Shown one piece after another: positions 12,315 to 24,602 of a stretch of 64,000 bases of DNA. The notes beneath the pieces are model-generated. The model had not been told where the DNA came from, did not search any database, and saw nothing but the letters and a program-made list of their open reading frames with translations. The stretch comes from Basidiobolus meristosporus CBS 931.73 (Eukaryota; Fungi; Basidiobolomycota): assembly GCA_002104905.1 (NCBI GenBank), contig MCFE01000143.1, forward strand, positions 1 to 64,000. The letters are read 5' to 3'. Each line of letters opens with the position of its first letter. Within the stretch, counting starts at the first letter, position 1. The translations under genes and the position numbers were made by a program.

Positions 12315-15300
12315 TCAAGGAGATGGCAAGAAGAGAGTGACAAGGATGAGAGCGGATGAAAAGTAAAAACCCCGATGGCCATCTGACGAAGAGCGGCACC
12401 CACACTATATACTTTTCCGGGATCACACCAAACGGGAATGGATTGGGTATCTCGGCTGCATTAGGGAGAGGTGATGTTTCATTAAACTGAATTGTGTAAA
12501 TGAGTTGGAAAACAATGTAATAACAAACTCCCATATTTGGCTATCTCATGTTGATAAAATCTCTGCCTTCCAAGTTTGGAAAGTCGCCTTGGCAACTAGA
12601 ATTGCGTTTTTATGGGCAACCTTCGTTCAGCTTATCAATCACCCTACCACTGATTTGATTGATTTCGCAGCTCAAATTGGACGTAGGAAAGCTAAACTAG
12701 AATGGTATGTCGACCCTGTGATTGCAAGGAGGGTGAGAAAGAGGGTGTGCTTTATCATCCATCTCGTTAGCGAAGACTGAGTAATCCTGCCCGACACGCT
12801 CCTGGTGAGTGCAGTACAGTCATGGCTACGGGCAAGGCTAGGGCCGGATGATGGGACGATAAGAGTATTCGTTGGGATGGAAGCGAACACTACAGGTTTG
12901 AGCTTGCTTTCGAAGGTTCTATCCAACCCCTCTCTCTAGAAAACGTCGGTAAATCGGAATATATCAGAAAACCAATGGGGCTAAAACCCAATCGATCATT
13001 GATCTTACAATAATTAATTGGTGTGCCATTCCCCTTTCCTTATTCACGGCTACACCAATACCGCTGCGGCTACACACACCATCCACCATGAACGCCGTGC
13101 AGAAGAGGCACGATGCTCTGTGTCCACTACCAACTGGATTTTTCTACATATAAAGGGTCTCCTTGGCTCCGCTAGGGTGCGGACATTGTTTGGGGCATGG
13201 GTGGGGTGGTTCTTGTTGCAGCAAGCTCTATAGACTGCGCCCTGAAATAAGCTAATTGAGGCAATTCCGCTGCAGCATGAGGTTCCTCCCATCAACAATG
13301 CAGATGAGATACAGCACACTTTATGAGCATGAGAATTCCTATCAACTCTGCAGCTTTCAGATTTCCTTCACAGAAGAGGTTAGGGTGGTCGACACATAAT
13401 GGATCCTCCCCTCCATAGTGGAGATACTCGATGTTGGATAGACGAGTATAGAATGTTACACAGCTCATGAGGGTTTCTGGTTTAGGTTTAGATGCAGAGC
13501 AACTTGGTTAGTATAACCAGTAAAGGATTAGACAATGCGCTGAACAGCTTCGCTCCCTATTTTCAGTATTTCCTTTTCCGCTCATTGGGTGCCTGCATAA
13601 GCAGCACATCCGCCCACCTCTCAACTGACCGTTCGTAAACACACCGCAGTCTCCTTGCATTCACCCAAAACGACTGCGCCTGAATCTAGAACAAGCGCTG
13701 TTGCGTTGCCTAAAGACAAACAGGTGATTGTAGCTGAGAATGCATGACATGGTGGTTCACGGTTTAATATGAACTATTTCATGCTCACTGTTTGTGTTGG
13801 CGGATGATGCGCCAAGTGATCTCACTACAACACGGAATCCAGACGAATCGTATAGCGGGGAACTGATTAAGAAGTAAGGCTCACATGCCGACAGAGGCAT
13901 TTGGTGGAGGTACACATTATCATAGGTTAAAATCCACTGTCCGGAAACAATCAAACCAAATACCATGAGCGGCATGGATAAATTATTGCGTTCTCCGAGT
14001 CCAGAATATTACCAGATTACCCTTCCTGAACCGTTAGATCAGACCAGCCATGTACAAATTAGTAAACTTCCACCGTTCGCTGACACCTTATGAATGTGTG
14101 AGTTTGGGCGTTGATAGACGGCATTAGGACATCGTCAGTATACGCCTCCAGCGTGGATTATTTGCTTTGATGGTCGAGATGCTGAGTTTTACCCCACAGA
14201 TATGGTACGGATGGTGACGAAAATGGAATCGCCCGTTCCCGATTGGTCGAAAATTCCTATGGTATCCCAACCAACAGGTGGCAACACGAATGCGCAATCG
14301 CTGAGCACCATCACTGATTGATGCCCAGTGAGTACAGCGGCTGGCCGTTCCTTCTTGCGCATTTAAAGCTCAACGAGGCCATTCAAATCTTCCAAGGTCC
14401 TCGATTCATAGGGCGCTGCAAGATGATGCGTCCTTGAATCAGCCCCGACAGCCTTCCATATAACCATCCGACTAAATAAGGTTAGCGTGAGATGGTGCTA
14501 GATTGCTTCTCTCCCGTTGGATGTCACGAAGAATTCCGGCTGACATCATCGCCACCTATAGTTGTTTACACCATGATGTAATCGGAGTGTTTTGGTATTA
14601 CTGACACTCCAGAATACGCCGTCAGTAGTCACCTCATTGTTCAAAAGATTTGATACATCTAAAACGATGCTTCTCATCACTGCTTGGTTTGCTAACAAAG
14701 CGTATGGAGCCCACCCTTTTGCTTGGCCACCAAGACAAAATGGGTGGGGATTTGAGCTATCTGGGCAGCAAATGTAGGCTGATACTAAGAGGGCTCAATG
14801 GTATTTTAGATTGCTGCCATGATGGTTCAAAGGTGGTGGGCAGCCTGGTCCTCTACTGCAGGTTGTCTTCATTAGAAGCACTTGCTAGGAATCCCAATTC
14901 TTGAACAAAGATCTGCATCATCAACAAATCATCATCGAGTTCGTTGGTCCAATGAGAATCCTCAGCTAAATCATTGTTTAATACATGGTACAATTGCACT
15001 TAAATCGAAATTCACTTAATTTCACTGGTATTCAGTGTAATGAAAATTGATTACCCTTCGTGACACTTCAACTAAATTAGATTGTTATTTATGGACAGTT
15101 TGCTAATGGGCGCTGACCATACACGAATTTGCCAAGCCCTAAAGTAGCACTGGGGCCTATTCTTAGCCCAGTCGATTCCAGATATAATGCCAGTTGGTGG
15201 ATTGCTGTTATATTCACTGGAAATAGTAATCTGGAATGGACTGAAAATCTAAACTCAAATAAAGATTCCTCTATTGACTCTAGCTTTGATCAATCGCTGC

Positions 15301-15663
15301 GTTCTACCGAGGGAAGTGGGTGGGTTAGAACCTGGTATTAATTGCGGTGCTTGCTGTCGTGTTATTAAGTGGCAGGGTAACTCAATCAGTTGCTTATCAG
15401 AAATCAAGTTGATTACGTTGTCCCTGAGGCAGGATGTGATGTGATAGGATAAGGGTGATTTGGGGATGGCGGAAAGGGAGGTCTATTAACTTGGATGAAG
15501 TAGACCTCAGGGTACGCTGAATTTGGTCAATAATATAGTTCATCTATTTGTGACCAATTAAATCCCTCCACTCAAATATCCCTCCACCTGATATAAAGTT
15601 ACAACCTTGCCTCTCAACCAAACCTCGTTCCTTCCATTAGAACTCTTTACCACACATTTTACA

Positions 15664-17070
15664 ATGGTCAATGTCAAGAAAATTTGCTGTATTGGTGCTG
15701 GATACGTCGGTGGTCCCACATGTGCCGTCATTGCCTACAAATGCCCTGACATTCAAGTCACTATTGTAGATGTTAACCCTGGACGTATTGAAGCTTGGAA
15801 CTCCGACAAGCTTCCCATCTATGAGCCTGGCCTTGAGGAAGTTGTATTCACCGCTCGTGGTAGAAACCTGTTCTTCTCTACTGACGTTGACAAGGCTATT
15901 CAAGAGGCTGATCTTATCTTCGTCTCTGTCAACACCCCCACCAAGAAGAGCGGTATGGGTGCCGGGTTTGCCGCTGATTTGGCCTATGTCGAAACTGCCA
16001 CAAGACGTATTGCCGAAATCGCCACCAGCTCCAAGATTGTTGTTGAGAAGTCTACCGTTCCTTGCCGTACTGCTCAAAGCATGCGCACCATCTTAGAGGC
16101 CAACTGCCGCGATGGTATTCGCTTTGACATCCTTTCCAACCCCGAATTTCTTGCTGAAGGTACCGCCATTGATGACTTGTACAACCCTGACCGTGTCTTG
16201 ATCGGCTGCCTTCAAACCCCTGAGGGTCTTGAGGCCCAAAAGGCTTTGGTCGAGGTCTACACTCACTGGGTTCCTGAAGACAGAGTCATCACCACCAACC
16301 TCTGGTCATCTGAGCTCACCAAGCTTGCTGCTAACGCCCTCTTGGCCCAACGTATCTCTAGCATTAACGCTCTTAGTGCTGTTTGCGAAGCCACTGGTGC
16401 CGATGTTGATGAGGTTGCCTATGCTTGTGGTAAAGATAGCCGTATTGGTCCCAAGTTTTTGAAAGCCAGTGTTGGCTTTGGTGGCTCATGCTTCCAAAAG
16501 GATATCCTCAACTTGGTCTACCTCAGCAAGCAATTCCATTTGGAAGAGGTTGCTGACTACTGGCACCAAGTTGTCATCATGAACGAGTACCAAAAGAAGC
16601 GTTTCGCTTCTCGTATCATCAAGTGCTTGTTCAACACCATTACCCACAAGAAGATCGCCGTTCTTGGATTCGCCTTCAAGAAAGATACCGGAGATACCAG
16701 AGAATCCGCCGCCATCACCTTGATTAAGGATTTCATCCAAGAAAATGCCAACATCACCATCTATGACCCCAAGGTCGAGGAGGAACAAATTTGGTTCGAT
16801 TTGACTGAACCTGGTCTCGTCAGTGATGAGCAGAAGGTCAAGAAGCAAGTTACCATCTGCAAGGACCCCTACCAGGCCACTGCCCAGGCAGATGCCGTTG
16901 TCGTTGTCACCGAATGGGACGAATTCAAGACTCTTGACTGGAAGAAGGTCTATGATAACATGCACAAGCCTGCCTTCGTCTTTGACGGACGTCTTATGCT
17001 TGATGCCCCCAAGCTCCGTGAAATCGGCTTCAAAGTTGAAGTTATTGGCAAATCCACTTTAACCAATTAA
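15664..17070 (+). CDS. UGD1: UDP-glucose 6-dehydrogenase, intronless
   Basis: [14 protein letters not shown] Rossmann motif, [15 protein letters not shown], catalytic [24 protein letters not shown] and FDGR. Strong codon bias. The true ATG is at 15664; the ORF track starts at TTG 15607. Confidence 0.97.
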   Translation: MVNVKKICCIGAGYVGGPTCAVIAYKCPDIQVTIVDVNPGRIEAWNSDKLPIYEPGLEEVVFTARGRNLFFSTDVDKAIQEADLIFVSVNTPTKKSGMGAGFAADLAYVETATRRIAEIATSSKIVVEKSTVPCRTAQSMRTILEANCRDGIRFDILSNPEFLAEGTAIDDLYNPDRVLIGCLQTPEGLEAQKALVEVYTHWVPEDRVITTNLWSSELTKLAANALLAQRISSINALSAVCEATGADVDEVAYACGKDSRIGPKFLKASVGFGGSCFQKDILNLVYLSKQFHLEEVADYWHQVVIMNEYQKKRFASRIIKCLFNTITHKKIAVLGFAFKKDTGDTRESAAITLIKDFIQENANITIYDPKVEEEQIWFDLTEPGLVSDEQKVKKQVTICKDPYQATAQADAVVVVTEWDEFKTLDWKKVYDNMHKPAFVFDGRLMLDAPKLREIGFKVEVIGKSTLTN

Positions 17071-17967
17071 TCCCCGCATCCTCGTTTAATTTTTCTACTT
17101 GGCTAGTACCATTCCTTATTACACCCTGTATAGAGCATGAGTATATGGTAGTCTAATTCCAATTATTCAATATTTGAATAAATTGAGACCTATCATGGAC
17201 ACCAACAGCGTTCACCCTTGTTTGTTACAACATCTCATGCGATGGCGAAGTTCATCAATGATTTCCCTGTCGTACCAGTACGAAGACCGTAATTTTGCGA
17301 AACATTAATTGACGTGATTGTTGCTGAGTTGAGTGTGCGTGTATAACGTCAGCAACTGTTTGCAATGCTGGTGTGTTTATTCCCAGGATGACGAATCGAT
17401 GGATAATATCCTGACGCTTGTGAGATAAGTGGTTACCGTGTTTCCAGAGTATTGATAACCAATGCTTATCACTTCGCTTGTATTATAGGGACCCAGCCCC
17501 AACATACAAGTACTATTTAGGGCCCATAGTTATGTATGTGTGACGCAGCCAATAGAGCTGTTCATATTTATCCCTTTTGCATGGGGTACATGAGTTATGC
17601 GAGTGGTAAAAATGACAGAGCAGGGTGCGTATCCATGATTGGCATTTCTGGTCAAAACGGAAATTAAATCGTTGTTTGCCTAGAGTTGGCATAATTGCTC
17701 TCTCCTGTTTGTATGCTATATGTCAGACAGCATAAATGCATCATCAGCAAATGTGGTCATGGACATCGATGTTGAACCAATTTTAATGAAATACAGAGAA
17801 TATGATGATACAGCTTGGGAGTATTGACCATCACGTATGTTATGTCACATTTGTTTGGCAGGTGTACTCTACATGCACCGTAATCGCAGCCTTCGTATTG
17901 GGCCTCCGGTGGATTTATGCTCTCATGTTTACTTCCTGATCGGAAGTGTTGAGAGTACGGAGTTTCA

Positions 17968-20145
17968 CTATTCATCATCCTCCTCAGCAGTGCTATAGGG
18001 ATATTGGTGAGTAAACCTAACATTGGTATCGGAGAAACCTGAAGCATACCTCAGCCAGTCAATGAAGGGCCGTGCGCTCTCCTGAACCTTTGTGGTGGTT
18101 CTGGAAAGCGAGTTCCACTTGATGAAAGACTCCTCGTCAACAAGGTCGATATCGTAGAACAGTTTGAATAGCGCGGGCGTCTTTGGAACTGCATGGTCAT
18201 TGAGGAGCAAAAACTCTTCCCAAGCGCGCAGGAATGCAATCTGATCCTGTTCAGTGCGCACGAACTACGTTTTGGCGAAGGGTTAATCCCACGTGTAAAC
18301 AACTGGTCCGGCCAGCATTGAAATACCTTTTTGCACAAAGCGTTTCTTCCATTGACTTCCTTGAAGAGGTTATTCAGATCCGAGAACAAGCTGGGAATCA
18401 GGACGTTGAAAAGCTCCTTTTTGGAAAGGTTGTTTCTGAACTCAATTCGCGTGATCTCCTTGAATTCGTCGTTGAGGCGTTTTCCTGGTTCTTCATCCTT
18501 TCTTGCGTCGATGAATCGCTTGAGATCGTCAATCAACCCTTTGTACTCATGTCGCTTGCCAGCACCGTTAGTGCTCCTGTTTCCGTTTCCACCCTCTGGC
18601 CCATTCATTTGTTGCTTCCTATTGGATCCAATCAATATGGTCATTAAAACAGTAGGAAAGGATACCATCCTTGTGTTCACTTACAGAGAGTTGATTCTTC
18701 CTTGCTCATCATCAGATGGCTCTAATACTCTCAACCACGATTTGTCCTTGTCAGCCTAGAATACCCACAATGAATACAATTACTTAGATATGCTGCTTCT
18801 AGAGATTACCTTTCCGCTTAACAAATGGTTCAACGAAACCTTCTCGTTCTTCTCCCGACGACGAAGCGGTTGGAGAGCTTTCGTATCTTCGTGCGTTTCC
18901 TTCTCAGGGGTAGTCAGAGGTTCGGCCGGAGATATAGATCTACTGGATAGTTCGTTGGAGGTAGGCATCAAAATGGGAGTGTCGCGCGCACAATCTTGCT
19001 GCTCCAAACCCACATCCGATTGGAGGGTTCTCGAAGGAGGGGACAAAGACCCGGTTTCAAGTCGTCTAGCAAAAAAGGCCTCGGGTGAATGATGTTCGCC
19101 GGAGGGGTTGCCTCTCCACCCACGTAGTTTCTGCATATCTTGGGCAGGTGGAGGGCCGGTGGAGGTGCGTTCTTTTAACTCGGCACGTCCATGGGCAAAG
19201 TTGCATTTAGGCCCGTATTGGCAAAAATTCTCCTTCATGAATCTTTCGCAGAGCTTGGTCTTGTACAAAGGGTTGTCGTTGCTTTCCCTAATCTTATTTT
19301 CTACGGTGGATGGCTTCTCGTTGGTCTGGGGCTTCTTTTCCTTCAACTCGACCACGCCGTGGGCAAAGGTGCATTTCGGTCCATAAGGGCAAAATCCTTC
19401 GGTCTCAAACCGTTCACAGAGACGAGTTTTGTACAAAGGATTGTCATTATTGCCAGGAGCGGGGGAGGTGGACAGAGTTTTCTCAATTCGAGAGCGATCG
19501 CGTGGCTCGTAGCGCTGTTCGGGGCGCTGCTCTTGCCGTTGACGGGTGATTATGTGACGTTGAGAGTCAAGCGGCAAAGCAATGTTCAGATTTTTAAGCT
19601 TGTGCTCCATGCTATCCACGTTGCTTCGTTGCCGTGGTTGAATAATGTTGAGCTTGTTTGTTTCAATGTAAACGGACGCTTGTCTCAGGACATCGCCCAT
19701 CGTCCTAAAAACTGACTTCTCAATTGCTTGAGCGAGCGTCAGCCAGGATAGATTGAGACCTTCACCAGTGGGTAGTACACGAGCATTGTCGGCAAGTCGG
19801 GCCAGGTAATATACCACTCGCTTTGGTTGACTCCCACTAAGGTATCTTAATTCAGCTCGGAAATTTTTATCAATAGTTAATTCCTTGATGTTCACTCCGG
19901 TGATGTTGATGGTTTCGCGGATTGCACATCTACACAAATAAGGTGGGGAGGAGAGGAGGGTTAACAACTTTGAAAAAGGGATGAGTGGTCGGAAGAGCGT
20001 ACTTCAATTCGTCTTCGTCGCCAATAACCTTCCCCTTGGGAGGAGTCCAGTGACGCTTATTGGAAAATGTATCGTTAATTAATAGGAACTCGAGAGACCG
20101 CTGTTGACGAAATATGAGAAAGCCGGTAGAGTGAATAGTATTCAT
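17968..20145 (-). CDS. Nudix(NUDT2-like)-tandem CCCH zinc finger-W2 domain fusion protein, 6 exons, 621 aa
   Basis: Exons 20145-20003, 19929-18810, 18755-18685, 18618-18327, 18264-18050 and 17992-17968 are joined by GT-AG introns of 54-73 nt and give 1866 nt in one frame. Nudix motifs WTPPKG and KRVVYYLA, two YKTxLC-x8-C-x5-C-x3-H fingers, and C-terminal W2 AA-boxes (FYDIDLVDEESFIKW, PFIDWLSTAEEDDE). Confidence 0.88.
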
Positions 20146-20572
20146 GAGAGGAGAGGAGAAACGTTATTATAACTTAAATAGAGTCCGCCCTAGGAAGGAG
20201 ATTGGGAACGGATTTCGCTTGGGCTTGTGTGTCTGTTTCTCAGATAAGTTGAAGTTGGCCTAAGAATTTTTGGGTATTTTATTCAGTGCGACTGGGTCCT
20301 GCTAGTCAGGGGCACGGGGCTGTGGACAAAGAGATTTATGCATGATAAGATAACAATTTTGTATAGCAACTTCTAATTGATCCGATGGATGGTCAGTTGG
20401 GCGGATTAAGCAGTGGAAGTCTTTAATATATTATTTACAAAGAATGACAAGATTCTCAGTAAAGGGAGATGAGGAGGACTAATAATAACAAGAAATTTGG
20501 TTGCATGGATGCTCGATCCTTTCAAAACATGATTGCGATGGGTTTGACATGCGTCATTGCGACGATTAAATT

Positions 20573-22853
20573 TTAGTAATACAAAGTGTTGCGAAGCTTC
20601 TCCTTGAAGTCTGCTATGACCGCGGTTTTCTTGTCAAGCAGAGCTTCCAACTCCTTTGCATGCGCACCAATGTTGGCGGAGTTAGACTTGGATGCTGAGG
20701 AGGCACTGAGCTTCAACTTTTGCATCAACATCGTCTCCATCTGGCAAATGTATGTGATCTCACGAATGGTGCTCTTGTGGCTCTTGATTAGATCCCCGAG
20801 GCCTTCCAGCTGAGAGCTGCCTGAACTAAGGTAACTATCCTCAAATGACGAAACTGATGATCTACGGCTGCGGCTCAATTCAGCACTATTATACTGAGGC
20901 TTGTAACGAGCCTCTTGGGATACTCGAGGCTCGCGGGCTGGAGGAGTGGGAAGTGCGAAAGTCTCTTCTATGTTATCTTCCTCACTAAAGAACTCGGGAG
21001 GGGCCTCGTCATGGATCAGGTTCTCGGGTTCACTTTCCTGGACCTCTTCAAAATCGCCGCCGTGCTCTTCCTCGGCGTTGTTGTCCACCTCCTCGACTAC
21101 ATCGGTTTCGGAGCTGGAGTACCCATAGTATCCGGTCTCTTCGTCCTCGTCTTCGTCGTCGTAGTCGGTGTCTCCCTTCAATTCCTTGACTCTGTCGGCG
21201 TATCTGAGGGTGTTCAGTGAATGCTCACTGTTGGACATATTAGGAGAAATGGTGCCGATCATGCATGTGCGGGAGTTGCCGATGAAGGAGTCCTTCAGCA
21301 CTTGGGTGAGCTTGCTCTGTCTGAAGGGAAGATGCTTGCCTCCTTGGTCTAAGGCACGGATGCACTCTTTGAGTGCTAGCAAACTCTTGTTGATTTCAGC
21401 GCCCTCCATTCTTGTTTTGTTGTCCGATTCGCCACGGTCGGCACCACGCTCGCTTCCTGCAAGATCGATGAAACTAAATTTACCGTGGATCTTGCGTCTG
21501 TCGCTTTTGTGCTTCAACACCATTTGCAAAATGGCATGAGAACGAGAGGAATCGGCATTCGCCCCGGTGGTACCGGTGGTTCTGGCGGAGTGCCCGTAGT
21601 TGAACACCTCCAATAGCTCATCGACACATGAAATCTCGATTTCACGGATGCCGACAATGACGACGTTCTTGTTCCCATCCTCACGAGCAGCAAGCTTCTT
21701 ACGGTTGTTAAGGAGATCGTGTAATTGTCCCTGGTAGATCTCGTAGAAACTGACATAGCAGGAAAGATGCGAGAATTGCTCGTCATCTAAGAGGGTGAAA
21801 ATATCCCTGCCGGCAAGTACATATAGGCCTTGTTCGGCATCAAGCATTGTGAAGGTTTTACCACTACCAGTTTGACCATATGCAAAGCAGGTGGCTTTAC
21901 CTCCTTCGAATATATACTCGACAAGAGGGAGGGCGGTACGAGTGTAGACTTGCTCGTTGTCGGCGGTAGAATCAAACACTTCGTCAAAGACAAACTCGTG
22001 TTGCTCTACATACTTGGTCAGGTCCACTCTTAATTTAGGCTCATTAACAGCAAGCTTGCGACGCCCGGCAACACTAATGATATCGACCTCGCCCTTCTTG
22101 AGCTCCCTGGAGCTCAAAGGTCTTTTACGAATGCAAACTCGGATTCTATCACTTAGGCTTCCGGTTGTGGTAGGGGCGGTGGATTTTCTACGACTGGGAG
22201 CAGTAGACTGTCTACGCATGTTAGGGTTTGAAGATACAGGTGGAACACCATAAGCACTGTTCATAGTGGTTCTTCTCTTAACCACTGGAATAGGGTCACT
22301 CTCCTTGACACTACTGTCGGATTCTTGTAATTTCTGGACAATAGACATAGAGCGTGTCATCCGACGCTGCTGAGGACCAGCATCAAGTTGTTCGGTAGTT
22401 CGCCTAGTTCGGCGTGCTTGGTCAACAGCACGAGATGAAGGGGGCACGGGAGGTCTTTGCGAGGCTCGCAATGGAGCAATGGATTGTCTGGAATAAGCAG
22501 AGGTGCTTCTGGACAAAGATGAAGAGAAATCACCAGGATGCTCATTTTTTACAGCTTGAATGAGTTGAAAAAGTCTTTTTCTGTCGTCCATACTATTCAC
22601 ACCAAGAGTTCCGTAATCCTGCATAGTAACCTATAAACAATGTCAACGCAATGCTCCTTCGGCAACTTACGTTCCTTAAGAAAACTTACCTTTGAAAGCT
22701 CCTCTATAGTAGTGATGCCATTGGCAGCAAAGCTAACAAGACATATAGCAGTGAGCAGAAGTGTGAATGAGTAAGCCAGCGAGGGACAAAGTACCTTGGA
22801 TAATAGTGCTCCAAATCAGCTTGTCTTAAAGTTTCTAAAATGACAGCGCTCAT
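20573..22853 (-). CDS. Kinesin-13 family (KIF2/KIF24-like) with N-terminal SAM domain
   Basis: Motor motifs IRVCIRKRPL, EPKLRVDLTKY (KVD-like loop 2), FAYGQTGSGKTFTM, SSRSH, FIDLAGSERG and HLPFRQSKLTQVLKDSF. Two short upstream exons (MSAVILETLRQADLEHYYP / FAANGITTIEELSK) complete a SAM-like domain. Internal motor and C-terminal coil. Confidence 0.92.
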
Positions 22854-23722
22854 GGGAAGGTATGGGAGAGGAAGTATCTATTGGGAATGGAAAGTAGTTA
22901 GGTTGAGGGGGGGTTAGCAGAGGAAAGCGGAATCAGAGGGAGCTGAGCAATCGAACGTACAATGTATTTAGGCTGAATAAGATAAAGGAGCCCTTCAAGC
23001 AGACGGAATATTTAATTTTTGCTTGGTGTTTTCAGATAAACAATACCTCAACTCAACAACCTCAAAACAATAGTACACAGCTGATGCTTACGGTCCCGAA
23101 ATCTCTGATCCTTTTTGCGCATTGTTGTTTTGATTTTGTAATTCATTGGTATACATAGTGATGAAAAAAAGGGATTCGTTGGAAGTAATATGAATGATTG
23201 GTGGAGATGCATCAATAGCGGTAAACACTACTCTTGTATAGGCTTCGTGATTAATTACCCGTCGGGTTACACATTTTGACTAATCTTAAGCGTCTACTTG
23301 CTACAATTTGCGCTACTCCCACATCCCGTGTTGTCTCAGCCGGTGACATGAAGTCGAGGGTTAATTGGCACCAACATGTTCCAAAGCTGTTAGTGTACTG
23401 TGATCTGCATGAGATAACAATGGATACACACTACATATTCTGATTCTTATTGTGTAATTCTGTCTAGATCCCGTTGATTCAATTGATTTTACTATATATA
23501 CGGATCCTTGTAGGGGGCGTACAATGTGAGGATAATATTAGCCATTGAGTACTAGATCTCTGGCACCTTTTTTAGGTCATCTCCTTTTATTGCTTCTTTT
23601 CTCCAGCCTGCCCTTCTTTTTAATCACTACATAGTTGGGCGTACGCTGTTGTCTACCTCGCTTCTTTAGTAACACGTGCCTTTCACTCCAAACAGTGGTT
23701 TGAAGCCTTACCCGACAAAAGT

Positions 23723-24100
23723 ATGCAACGACCAACTTCCAATATATTGGCCGCTTTTCTTAATACCTCGAGGACGTCACTACTCAAGCTATCTATTGTC
23801 CCCCCCTCCATTTTTCTAGTACCCTTTATTATAGCAGTGTACTCTTTATGCGTGGGCTTCGTAATCAGCGTGTTCTTTGCAAGCTATTTCCTGACTGGTT
23901 GTGATTTACTGGCTAGGATTTACACCGAAAACCTGAGCGACTATTCAACTTTTTGGAAAGAGTGGATCAGGAAGAAAGGAGAGGAGAATGGGGTAGAGTT
24001 TGAGAGGGATATCTTGAACACGTTATGGAATCTGGCCTTGCAATGTCTACGAGTCGTGCGAGGCTATATGCGCCCTGAAGAGCCGGTGAGAAACTCCTAA
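23723..24100 (+). CDS. Hypothetical 125-aa membrane protein with one long hydrophobic segment
   Basis: Single ORF with an uncharged stretch of about 35 residues (LSIVPPSIFLVPFIIAVYSLCVGFVISVFFASYFLTGC) followed by an amphipathic tail. Confidence 0.5.
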   Translation: MQRPTSNILAAFLNTSRTSLLKLSIVPPSIFLVPFIIAVYSLCVGFVISVFFASYFLTGCDLLARIYTENLSDYSTFWKEWIRKKGEENGVEFERDILNTLWNLALQCLRVVRGYMRPEEPVRNS

Positions 24101-24563
24101 GACGTCAATCGAACGTTCACTTACGACCCTGTCATTTCTGTCAGAGCTTCGATAGCTTACTCTCCATATGCATTAATGTCAGAACCCTCTCAAAGTGCAC
24201 TAATAATTCGGTTGACGCTTAGTGCGGCTACTAAACCACCACCGTCTATGCCGCCTCTCACACCTCACTTTTTGTAACATATCCCAAGGGTCATTTACCT
24301 CTTTCATATGAACTCCCGATGTTCTAGTCTTGCTCATTAAGACAATTATTTGCTAACTTCTGGGAGCTTCACCGCTAGCTTCTATGTATTATTTTGTTAC
24401 TTCTCAGTATGGAGGTAGCCATACCCTTTGTTGCTCATTCATCTATGAAACTTTTTGCCAATTTCATACACATCTCATCACCACTTGTATCCATTTACAG
24501 TGATTCAAAAACCTGTTATTTTCCCATTCTTTGAGCTCGTTGGCCCTTTCAAGGATTGCTAGT

Positions 24564-24602
24564 ACACACACACACACACACACAAATACATATATATATA
24601 TA
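24564..24602. repeat. Compound (AC)10 plus (TA)n microsatellite
   Basis: Directly visible. Confidence 0.9.

Noticed and set aside
12505-15341. Possible decayed gene (Cys-rich 13050-13319 ORF and stop-interrupted frames at 14.5-15.0 kb)
   Set aside because: On recounting, the fragments do not lie in one frame and none resembles a family I know.
15637-17062. Long antisense and alternate-frame ORFs over UGD1
   Set aside because: Shadow ORFs caused by strong codon bias in a highly expressed gene. The same applies to those over RPL29, RPL25, kinesin and the PPR gene.
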